Positions 9,352 to 20,400 of a stretch of 64,000 nt of DNA are shown piece by piece. Made by a program: the position numbers and the translations under genes. Origin of the DNA: Azolla caroliniana (lineage: Eukaryota; Plantae; Polypodiophyta); NCBI GenBank assembly GCA_043228905.1, contig JBHGNT010000015.1, forward strand, positions 14,508,001 to 14,572,000, given 5' to 3'. The notes beneath the pieces were generated by a model, which was not told where the DNA came from, searched no databases, and worked only from the letters and a program-made list of their open reading frames with translations. Position 1 is the stretch's first letter; each line of letters opens with the position of its first letter.

Positions 9352-11007
9352 ACGCAATGGTGTGTACATGACCGGACATCGGATATGTAGTTAGAGTAGT
9401 AAGCCGGTTCATGAGAAACCCGGGAAAGGACCACTAGGCAACATTCAAGTGGATACTCTGGTACCCTAAATGGCACCTTGAGCTTGGGCCTCCGATTCGG
9501 CTAAGGTAAAGCCCAACTTGAAGGATACACCGATTCAGACATGTCGGCTGATGTAGATACTAGCCGATCTACATCCGAATATGTCATGACATATGTAGGG
9601 GGAGCCGTATCGTGGCAATCGAGGCTATAGAATTCTGTTGCACGGTCGACAACGGAAGCAGAGTACCTGGCAGCTAGTAAGGAAGTAATCTGCATGCGGG
9701 ACTTCATCAGAGAGTTGGGGATCCAACAGGAGGAATACTGGCCTACTATGTCAGTCAAAGCACCATCCACCTTGCTAAAAACGTGACCTACCACTCCAGG
9801 ACGAAGCAAATCTAGCGCAGATACCACTGGCTTCGGGAGAGAGTAGAAGACCAAGACTTCACTCTGGTGAAGATCCACATAGAGGAGAACGGTTCGGATA
9901 TGTTGACCAAGGTGTTGTCAGCCGACAAGCTAGACTCGTGCCGAAGACGGATCGGGTTGACGAAGACCCCATGCAGGAATGAAGGGGGAGATTGTTGAGA
10001 TATCGGTCCCTCCAGATGGAGACCGATCAAGCCAGATCGTATGGATCTGGAAGGATATCCGGAAATCGGACCGGATGGAACCGGAAGGAGTTCAGTCGGA
10101 TCCAGTATGAACAGTGAAGAGAGACAAATTTGAAAATATGTTTCTTATGGGCCGTTGAGGCCACTTTTGTAAATAGCCCCAAAAGTTATATATGTATAAA
10201 TATAACTAGGGCAACATTGTTCTGCGTGAGATTGTAATAGTTGTTGTGTGTGTTGTATAGAGCGAGACAGTGGGAGAGAGAGATAGAAAGTATTTTCTGT
10301 TGTAACCACCAGTTGGCGAAGACAGAGCTCGAGATCGTTGCCTCAAAGTCTCACTTTGTAATACTGCTCCTCATAGTAATCCTGTTCGGAGTTCGGTGAA
10401 CTTCCGTGGTTTTCCCTGATTCAAGTTTCCACGTTAATATCCTGTGTCATCTTATTTTAACTATGTAAGTGCATTCATCCTTATTTTATTTCTGTTTCTT
10501 CCATTTAGTGATTAAGAACTTGGTTGTGACCGAGCCCTATCATCGACAAATTACTCTTTATATATTATCTATCTCTCTAATTAATTCAGTACAATATCCT
10601 CGTTGCAAGGTATTTTATATATTCTCATTGCAAGACGCTTCCAATCAGCACTTACATGTTGAATTTGGAGGTCAAAGGTGGAAGAATGGGTGGAATAGAG
10701 ATGGAAACTTCAAACTTCTCTACAAAGGTCATACAAACTCCATTTGGGATGTGTGAAATATTGAAATCTTCCTCTTTTAGAGATGTACATTTGGTCGAAA
10801 TTTTGTGGCAAGCAAAGCTACCCTCTCAAAATACTTTCCGCTCGAAGGAAGGTTGTTGTGCATCAAAGTTTGTAGAGAAAATCACCCCAAATCATACTTG
10901 GGAGGTGACTTCTATATTTCTAGATTATCTTTTGCTTTGTCTACATGTTTGAGACCATCCTCGTTGTTGTCCACCGGAATAGTAATCGACGGACAGAAGC
11001 GCAGAAA

Positions 11008-11427
11008 TGTTAGAATATAGTAAAAGCGTAAGAAACGCATGTAACGGTTCACACGGGAAGCGTGAACGGCTAAAAGACCTTGGGTATATAAAGGGCAGAA
11101 ATCCTTTGGTAGCGTGTAATTCTGATCCATAGAGCGTTATTCTAATAGAATAGTATCTTCTCTGATTTCTGTGCATATTTGTGGTTCTATATATTGTGTT
11201 CTTTGTTCTCTGTGGTGGACTATAATCATAAAGGTGTAGGCGTAAGTGCGGATACTAAGTGCACTTCCTAAGGAGTTCAGTTGTAGCCGTCTCCCCTTAT
11301 ACGCTACCAGGATACGGGGAAGTATCCCATTACGTATTACGATACGACGGTACCATTCCTTGCAACGCAATCACCTTGAGGTCTAGGTCGAAGGACTGAC
11401 CGTAGATAGTGTTCCTAATCAGTAACA
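11008..11427 (+). mobile_element. Possible LTR fragment of an unidentified family
   Basis: TGTTA...TAACA ends and TATATAAAGGG. No TSD or partner copy seen. Confidence 0.3.
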
Positions 11428-11566
11428 CTCGCGAGAGTTTCTTCTTGAACTATAAGTCATAAGCCATGTATACGTTTATATACTCCTTCATCTCTTGATT
11501 CCTCTTAATTTTTCGAGTCACGCTCCTTAATTCATAGCTACCTTGGTCTCTGTTACCTATTGTAAT

Positions 11567-12551
11567 TGTAAAGAATCGAGTATGATTCTATGCATCAGAA
11601 TAGATTAAGGATTTGTGTTGTGTGTGTGGAAAGATAGATAGATTATATTATCGTCTTCGGAGGTCAAATATGACCTATGAGACCAAAAATATTACATTTC
11701 ACGTGATACGTGTGAAAGTGAGTAGTGACTCTCAATGTTCAAGAACTTTACCAATGAATGTTGCAATTGAGAGTGCACATTGTGGTTGTGAGAGGAATTC
11801 GTGCAAGGATTGGGCTCGGTTGAAGAGATGTGGAAAGCATGGTCGAATATGATCAAAGGTTGAGCATTACATATCAAAGTGTGATACTCAGACTTGCAAA
11901 CTCTCATCACTTGTGCCCCAATGCCTTGTCTCACGTCGCGATGCATGTGAGCTAAGTCGCATGGAAGAAATGGTTCAAATGGTAGATAACGGTGTGTGAT
12001 CTAACATGTATTGATGTGTACGGTTTCCCCATTCCGCAAAGAATATGGTTTTGTAGTTAGGTGCAACATGTATAGTATAATGTGTGAAGCGCGAGCCTCC
12101 ACATTTGTCCCATGTCATGATACATTGGCGTTGCAAAAAGGCCTCATTTATAGAGGAATCTAGTGATGCAGGAGAGGAGAAGAGAGAGGCACAAGATATA
12201 TAGATAGGAAAATGGACTACTCAAGATGGATGTATGTATTAACAAGAAGTGGAGAATAATTACAACGATATGAGTATTACAAAGAAGATTAACCGACACT
12301 TTACAAAGTAGGAGGAGGGTGCTTTATATAAGGTCACCCTCTCTCTACACTCTCTCACTAAAACCTTGGGGAATGTGGGAGACTCATTAGTTATGGGGAA
12401 TATGGAACTCGTTAGTTATGTGTCATAGAATATGATTCTATGACACATAGTTAATGTGTAGAAAGTAGTGGTGACTTTTCACCTTTGAGTGCTCATAGAT
12501 TCTCAAAAGGTGTGTTCACACACTAGACTAGGTTGAGCTTGATTCTCAACA
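11567..12551 (-). mobile_element. Solo LTR of the copia-B family carrying a nested LINE fragment
   Basis: Reverse complement of LTR 36074-36524 (TGTTGAGAATCAAGCTC...GATTCTTTACA). TSD GTAAT/ATAAT. Confidence 0.85.
11632..12170 (-). mobile_element. RTEX-like LINE, 5'-truncated 3' end with (TATC)n tail
   Basis: Reverse complement of about 56811-57370 (RLSSH and zinc-finger region plus 3' UTR). Confidence 0.82.
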
Positions 12552-12716
12552 ATAATTCATGACTCTCTCCAATCGGTTTGGCCAATCCCTCATATTGTGT
12601 ATGGCGATCATTCATCTCATACACTCTTCTTACACATATAAGCCTATTATTCTTTAACAACAATGCCATGGACAACACACAAGAAATGAGGGCTATATTG
12701 ATGAATAGCCCGCATA

Positions 12717-12980
12717 CTCTAATACCATGTAAAGAACTAGAGTATCTAGTTCTATTGAGGATCAAGTATATATACATGGAAACATAATAGATTAAGTAAG
12801 ATATGTTTATGTTTATGTTGTGTTCATAAGGGAGATAGAGAATTATGCAACAAAGCGCATTAATGACATTAAGCAATATGGGAGAAGATGAAAATGACGC
12901 TAAAAATAAAACATATAAAGGTAACGAAAACTCTAATCAACTTGTAAAATAATACTTTATACAAGAGAAGGGTGTTATTG
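12717..12980 (-). mobile_element. Old copia 5' remnant (LTR end plus Met-i-type PBS)
   Basis: Minus strand ...TTCTTTACA|TGGTATTAGAG at 12717-12736, same junction as copia B and C. Confidence 0.45.
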
Positions 12981-12982
12981 TT

Positions 12983-13085
12983 GTTGCGAAGTTATGCGTG
13001 TGTGTGTGTCAGATCTGAGTGGGACCATCGGGGACTTGAATTGGAGAGGATGGATGGGTTGACTCAAGTTTCCAATGTCATGAGC
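12983..13085 (-). mobile_element. LTR end fragment homologous to 8692-8820
   Basis: Shared TG..GAAG.TGCGTGTGTG...GGGACCA...CCAATGTCA blocks. Confidence 0.55.
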
Positions 13086-13134
13086 ATCCAAATGCAATGA
13101 GTTAGAGGCTCCTCATACTCAAAACCTCATCAAA

Positions 13135-13495
13135 CTCGAAGTCTCGTTAGACTTGTAGGCCCTTAGAGTCGAAGGGAAGACAAACTTGAAGGGAAGTCAA
13201 AGTCGAAAGGAAGACAACTCGAAAGGAAGCCAAAGTCGAAGTGACGGCAGAGTCGAAGGGAAGACAAAGTTGAAGAGAAGGCAGAGTTGAAGAGAATGAA
13301 GAGTTGAAGGGAAAACAAAGTCAAAGGGAGGGTAGAGTTGAAGAGAAAGCATAGTTGAAGAGAAGGAAGAGTTGAAGGGAAAGCAGAGTCGAAGGGAGGG
13401 TAGAGTTGAAGAGAAAGCATAGTTGAAGAGAAGGAAGAGTTGAAGGGAAAGCAGAGTCGAAGGGAGGGTAGAGTTGAAGAGAAGGCAGAGTCAAT
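13135..13495. repeat. 17-bp purine-rich minisatellite (about 20 units) with a 68-bp higher-order repeat
   Basis: Unit about TTGAAGRGAAGGCAGAG; a 4-unit block repeats at about 13320-13490. Confidence 0.85.
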
Positions 13496-14984
13496 GGTAA
13501 AGCATAGCCAAAGGTAATAATGATCCGAACAATGATTAATGCGTGGGGTTAAGAACGAAACACTCAATTAGCTTAAAGAACATGAGATTATGAATGTATT
13601 TCACAATATTAACTCTAGATTGGTCACTTTGTAGGTTGAAAACGCCGAATTAACAAAGAAATTCCCTTTATAAAATAAGGTTTACAAGATTTTGGGGTTT
13701 ACAACAATGACAATTTTCTGAAATAAAATAAGAACTAAGAACCATAAAATTCATGAAGAAGACGAAAATAAAACCCTAAGATCTTAGGTACGTTGAAGAG
13801 GAGGAGAAGAACTTCAAGGGGGAAATCCTCAAGTTTCGTGCGACGTCCCAACAAATGACGACCACGTCACCTCTTGTCAATGTTGGTCTTGCATGCTCTC
13901 TTGCTTTCTCGCTTCTGAATCCAGAAACATTTCCATGTCTCTCCTTATGACGTGGGGTGTTCGTCACTCAGAATTTGTTAACGAGAAAGATCCAACTCTA
14001 AGGTTGTAAGGATTTGTGTAATGAGTGGACTTCATTCGATAGATTGTATTGCATTAGAAACAACATATAATATTATTAACACGTCGACCTCCTTAACACA
14101 TATCAAGAGAAAAGGAGAAAAAAATAGTACGGTGGGAACATATGTGTTAATTGGAACACTTTGGTTTATAAATAGAGACAATTATAATGGAGTGCACGCA
14201 CACCAACGGCTAGCAATGAATAATTAGGAGCAAAGCTCTACTAAAGGTGGTGAAGTAAGAGTATTCCTCTACTTTGATTCTAAGAGGGGTGGCCAACATG
14301 GATAGTCTATGGGTCTCTTCTACATCAATTGCCCAACACCCCATCTCATGTTAAAGAGAATTGTGTGAATTTTGTAGTACTTAAGTGATGGTGTGGGTTG
14401 TGAACAAAGGGATGTGGCTTATTGTGCGTGGTGAGTGTAATCTACTTGTTCTAAAAGGAAAGTGTTTTTGAGTCATGGTGCAATGCTTCTTTCACCTATC
14501 GGTGTCGAAGTGATAAGAATGGTTTGTTGCCACATGGAGCATCAAATGTTCAATGCAACAAATTAAAAACACAAATGATATATAATATTTGACTTTGTGG
14601 TTTAAAATACTTATATCAAACTTGATTGGCTTTCTCTTAAAACAAAATGCAACAAGTACTTCATTTATTATTTAGAGATCGTGGTATGTGTAAATGACAT
14701 TAAAATTAAGATATGCTCGAGGAAGATGCTAGTGAGTAGCTAGGTCAATTCTAGTTTTGCCTATGAGAGAAACCCATCACATTTAAAAATAAATAAATGT
14801 GCATGGTATTATTAGTAGGAAGATTATCAAAAGTGAGGTGAAAAAGGCACAAAGAAAGCTTACAATATGCCAAGAGTAGAAACTCCAATTTATAGGTCAC
14901 AAATGTGCATGCCTCTGTGAGGGGGATTCATGGCAAATGTGAAAGGATTGTCCGGGGGCCCAAAGAAAGATAAGGATCAAAAGT

Positions 14985-15305
14985 GGAGCACTTGAGAGAA
15001 GTTTACGGACTTGTGGGCATGATCTGCGGTAGCACTTCGAGAGAAGTCTACTATATGGACTTGCAAAAACATGATCCATAGTAGCACGCGAGAGAAGTCT
15101 ACTATGGACTTGCAAAAACATGATCCGTGGTAGCACGTGAGACACGTCTACGGACTTGTGAACATGATCTGTAGTATCACTCAAGAGAAGCCTATTGACT
15201 TGCGAACATGATGAACATGATCTGTAGTAGAACTCGGGAAGCCGTTTGACTTTGTGAACGAACATGAACACGATCCGTAAGTAGCATTTGAGAAGCCTAT
15301 TGTCC
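14985..15305. repeat. Degenerate 45-55 bp tandem repeat (6-7 units) upstream of the kinase gene
   Basis: Unit about GAGAAGTCTAC..GGACTTG..AACATGATC.GTAGTAGCAC. Confidence 0.8.
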
Positions 15306-15756
15306 CATGACAAAAAGAGAGGAGGATGGAGGAGATCACGAGAGTCCGGGGAGGCGGGGGGGGGGGGGGGGGGCTGTGGGTGGTGTTATGTTCGTCTGTC
15401 CATTCCATCCATATGTAGGGAAGGTAAGGTGCCGCCCATCGGATCGGATGGGCGGCTTCATCATCCGTTCGTTCGTCCGTCCGTCAGCTCGTGAAGGAAG
15501 ATCCCTACCGTCTCCGCTGCGTGGCGAAGGAGAGAGAGAGAGAGAGAAGAAAGAAGAGGCATCCCACCTCCCTCACACACACACAAAAAAAAGACTTAAT
15601 TAAAATAAAAAAAGAACCCAATAATATATAACATTATGTAAATAAATAAATAAATAAAAATAAAAATATAAAAATAAAAATAAAAATAAAAAATAGGCTT
15701 AAAAAATAAACCAGAGAGAAGAAAGAGAATACGAAAGAACGACGACGTCGACGACA

Positions 15757-15820
15757 GAAGAAGAAGAAGAAGAAGAAGAAGAAGAAGACGAAAACGAATA
15801 AGAAGAAGAAGAAGAAGAAG
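15757..15820 (+). repeat. (GAA)n microsatellite in the promoter/5' leader region
   Basis: Read directly. Also G18 at 15356-15373 and (TAAAAA)n at about 15640-15690. Confidence 0.9.
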
Positions 15821-15829
15821 ATCAAGAAG

Positions 15830-17445
15830 CTTCGCGAAGTTCCGCCGCCGTTCGATCTCCCCTACCTCCTTCCTTCCTTCCTTCCTTCCTTCTCTGTCTG
15901 TCTTTCTTCCTGTGGAAGGACCATCGCCATCGCCATCGCCATCGCCACTTCTTTCTCTCTTTCTTTCTTCCCTTCGATTGCATCCTATGCTCAGAGCTCC
16001 TTCCTGTACCTGCACAACACCGCCCTCTGCAACGTGGAAGCTAATCTAATTTCGCCTCCTGGTAACGTTTCCTCCGTTTCTTTCTCCCCCGGTGAATGAA
16101 TGCGGATGGAATAGAGCCTACATCTTCGTGTTAACGTTTCCTGCGTTTCTTGCTCGACACTGAACGTGAATGGAGTCTAGAGATTGGCGTGATAACCACC
16201 ATTTTCAAGAGATGGAAACGGATTCGTTAATACAACTAGTGTTAAACGTTTCCTGCATTTCTTTTCTACATGTGAACGTGTATTGAAGAAGACTTAAGCT
16301 CCAGGAGGGGAATACTGCCTTTTTTTTTTCGCAACGGTTTCATTGATAGGAAACTGATAAAGTTGCCTTTTCCTCCGTTCCTTGTTTGCGTTCTCTGCCT
16401 TTTCTGCAGCGGAATATGGGATCTTTTATTGCGATGGTTCTTTCCCTGTTCGCTTCCATAGAACCGTTGTAGAAGCTTGACATAAGAAAAAAAGAAGGAA
16501 AGTTCTCGTTGTCAGGAAAAGAAACAGTTTCTTTCCACAGAGGAAATGGTATAAGAGATGATGTTTGCCGAAGTTTTTTATTTTTCCTTCGTTGAAATAT
16601 TTCTTTACAGCACGCTGTGCAAAATCTGACGTTTTCTGCATTTCTGTTTAATCTTAACCTGTAGTGGCATATGGAATCCAGAGCTCTCTTGCAACTGTGC
16701 TTTCGTTGATCGCATGGATTCTTTAGATTTGCTTTCCTTCAATCATCACACCTGTTATTGTTGGCATGATAAATCAGAAGCTAAGGACTCCAACATCAAA
16801 GATTAGGTTAGTAAGCTTGCTATTGCCGTGAACACTTCACACAAGTACATTGCAGTTTACTAGTATTTTTTAAACTTAATGATAAAGTATGCCGTCTGGT
16901 GTTTTGGAATTGGTTTGCCTGTGGTTTTTGAGGGGTAATGGTCAAGAATACCATAATTGGTTCGTTTGTAGCTGTTTTAAGTGTGATGATCAAGAATACA
17001 ATTTGATTTCATGGAATTAGTGGTGTAGAACTTGGTAAACACTGATTGAGAATGCCAGTTGGTCTTGTTGAATTGTTGATGGGAGAACTTTCTATAGTAT
17101 GAGCACCTAAGCATTTTTTAGGAAGTATGTGAATCATGTCTTATCTGTTTTTCTAAGTTTAATGAAATTAAGTTCAAGGTTTGAGTGCCACTTGATTTCA
17201 CAGAATTGGTGGTGGCAGACTTTCTTTGTAGTTCATATGATTTGAATAAAGTGTTTCTTAGTGGACATTTCAATTCTATGGCAGATTGGAACTACTGGAT
17301 CAGCTTGCAAGGGATCTTACTTAAAGCAGCAAGCAAGCACCGGAATCTTAATTTTACGCTTTATATTTTCATATCAGTTGCAGCAGCTTCTAAGCAAACT
17401 GTTACTGAGCACTGGCAAAAAAAATTGCCCCTTAACTAGTAGTAA
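15830..17445 (+). other. Predicted spliced 5' leader of the kinase gene (exons about 15830-16061, 16410-16806, 17203-17445)
   Basis: CT-rich first exon; G|GTAACG donor at 16062, TTCTGCAG acceptor at 16409, AG|GTTAGT donor at 16807, TTCACAG acceptor at 17202. TSS is not defined by sequence. Confidence 0.45.
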
Positions 17446-20400
17446 ATGGAAACACAATTACAGCAAAATATTCCAGGGGTCTCTGAAGAAGCTATGACTG
17501 TAGGGTGTCTACCCTCTGCTAATGTAATGGAGCCAGCCCCTCCGTTTCTGGAAGCACAATACTCTCTTAGGCCGCTTATTTTCATGCCACCTCAAGCTTC
17601 TAGAATTACATCGGGTGAAACATCTTCAAGGAATGATGCTGCAATGCTCGGAAATTCTCCACGATTCATCTCTAAAACCTTAATACAAGGTCCATCACAG
17701 CCAACAGCTGGTTATGGTGGTAGTGCTGGAGAAAACGAGCGGTTAGGACATTTTCAATATGAAGATATTGCAGGGATTATGGGGGAAAGAGTAGGAAGTG
17801 TATCTGACATATCAGGGATGTCAGAAAAGGTAAATCTTCTGGTTTTGTTTTGGTTTTTTTCCATTTTTCTACCCCCTGCAGAGCTGTTTTTATGGTGTTT
17901 TGTGACTGTGGTTTGAGATATCTAATAACTACTTATGCTACTTGAATTTCAGATTTGTTCTGGATATAGCTCATCGGGGGAACATTATGGAGGAAGAATA
18001 AAATTTATGTGTAGTTTTGGGGGCAAGATTCTCCCTAGGCCTGGAGATGGAAAGCTTCGATATGCAGGTGGTGATACACGTATAATATCTATATATCGGC
18101 ATTTAAAGTACAACGATCTTATGTTTAAGATGCAGCAACTGTATGGACAGCCTGTTTTGTTGAAATATCAGCTACCAAATGAAGATCTCGATGCACTTAT
18201 ATCTGTTTCATGTGATGAAGATGTTGATAATATGATGGAGGAATATGATAGGTTGCAATCTAGTGATGGATCATCAAAGCTGCGGATCTTTCTTTTTCCT
18301 CCATCAGAGTATGATGTGGGCCTTGTAACTGATGTTTCAGATACAAGAAGCACTGAAAAAGTTTATGTTGATGCAGTCAATGGGATGTCAGAAACACAAG
18401 CAATAAGACCAGTGGGCATGGTGCCTACCTATAGTTCAAATAATGTGATGGGTTTAGAACCATCTGATACCTGGGGTTCTCAACAGCTTCCTACAGGTAT
18501 ATCTCATGTGACACCAATTGTTCCTCCATCTACCTTTGTTATTGCACCAGCAATTGGGCAACCACTACCTGTGGGGATGCTTCAGCCAACTAATATGCAA
18601 CATTTTGAGAGACAATTTTCCTCCTCTCCTCCAAATCCTTCATCTCCAACAGTGGCATCAAATATCCGGCAACCTGCTATTCCAGATACGTTGCATACTC
18701 TCTATCCAGATCAGTTTGTCAAAGGTCGTCCTGCACATTTGCATGGTATTCAACGATCCGATGCATCATATCAGGATGTGGAAGGTCATATGAGATCTGG
18801 AACACCTTCCCTTAGTTCTCAGTGTGATGCTCCTGTTTGGCATCTTCAGTCGAGGAAACAAACAGATTCACCAACAAGTGCACATCATGAGACTAAAGCT
18901 GAACATTTCTTTCACCCAGAGCAAGCAATGATTTCAGACCCACTTGTGGCTACGGGGATTCCGATTGGTGTTGTCTCTCATTTGGATTCCCATGGTAGAG
19001 TTCCGGGAATGGATTCTCTTAACAATTTGATGCTGCCTCAAGTGCAGTGGCGAGAAACAGGAGTCCGACCATTAAATATAGACCAGGTATGTGAGATTCA
19101 GTTTCCTGAGGTGTCACCTTTACCCTTGGAACTTCAGAACCTTGCTATACAGGAACAAGTGCCTATGTCTCAGGAACCTCGTCAACATGCTTTAGAACCG
19201 AGAAGAGAAAATTTTCAAAAGGCAGAACATGTTCAGTTTTGCCCCTTAGAGAATGTTCAAGGTATAGCAATTCCATCACAGCAACAAATTTCTCCACAGT
19301 ATTACTCTCCTGTTGTAACATCGGGCAATCAGGTTGTAGGATTTGGTCAGCCAGAATTTTCGTCTGAGTGGTTGCCACAAAAGAATCTAATTGTTCAAAC
19401 TGCTACATACCCATCTGGCTCTGGACTATTGCAACCTGGTTCTGTTCCACCTTCACCTTGTTTAGGGATCCAGGACAGCAATCTGGAATTAAATGTAATT
19501 CAGCAATGTATACCACATGAGGGAGGTCAAAATAGAGGGCATATTGAACATCTTTTGGCAAAGATTGCAGTGCATCCTGAAAATGATCTTCCAATGAGGG
19601 GATTAAAGCCGCTCAACACACGGGTTGACAATAAGGAACGAGTTTTTTGTGGTGATGAACAAACTATGAGAAATCAGTTTCCAATGGCAATTGCAAAGAC
19701 GGAGATGCCCCAGGATAACCACGAGGAAACATATTTACAGGACTATTTCACTGAAGGTTTGCAACAACCAAGAACACCTCCTTATGCAGGAGGCAGTCCT
19801 TACAGAGAATCTGTATCGCCATTTGTGGATAGAAAAGTTATTAGACAGGATGGAGTACACGGGCATATGCAAAGTGAAGACGCAGCTGTTGTTTATCCTC
19901 ATTTGTCTCCATTTGCAGATAGCAAAGTTGTTAGAGATGATGGAAATGTGCAACCACATTGTGAGAATGGGGTTGTCACCCATACTCAATACCATGATGG
20001 CGTTGATTGGGCTATGAAGAAACAACAGAATGAGGGAACAAACGTGGGCTGGAATAATTTCAATCAGCTGGAAAGAATGGAAGAGCCAAATCTAGACATT
20101 AATCTAATAAAACTTGGTGACAATAGCCCCCTGGATACATGTGATTCATCCTTCGTCAATCCTTCCACTATCAGTATTGGGCAAATAAATACAGAGGCTG
20201 CCTTAAAGACCAGTACAATGCTCACAAACATAGCAGAAAATTTGGCAACTCTGAAGGGGGTGGAGTCTTTGGGATTGGCACAGTCACCCCGATTAAATGG
20301 AAATCCACTCTCTAATGCTCTTTCCACAAACCCCACTGGAAGCTCCAATTCATTGTTTGTAGCAAAGCTGGAAGAAGGTCAGTGGTTCAAGGGAATTGAA

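Larger units (their letters stand above)
6647..10548 (+). mobile_element. Degenerate Tork/Tnt1-like Ty1/copia (3' integrase, RT, RNase H, 3' LTR), interrupted by two solo LTRs
   Basis: KLDPKS.PCIFL, LYGLKQ and LLYVDDML motifs plus RH fragments with many stops. PPT GAAGGGGGAG at 9981; LTR 9993-10548 (TGTTG...CGACA). Confidence 0.88.

Noticed and set aside
13163-13567. 134-aa Ser/Leu/Phe-rich ORF
   Set aside because: Translation of the 17-bp minisatellite.
15596-16015. Hydrophobic ORFs (139 and 63 aa) resembling membrane proteins
   Set aside because: Antisense reading of (GAA)n and A-rich repeats.
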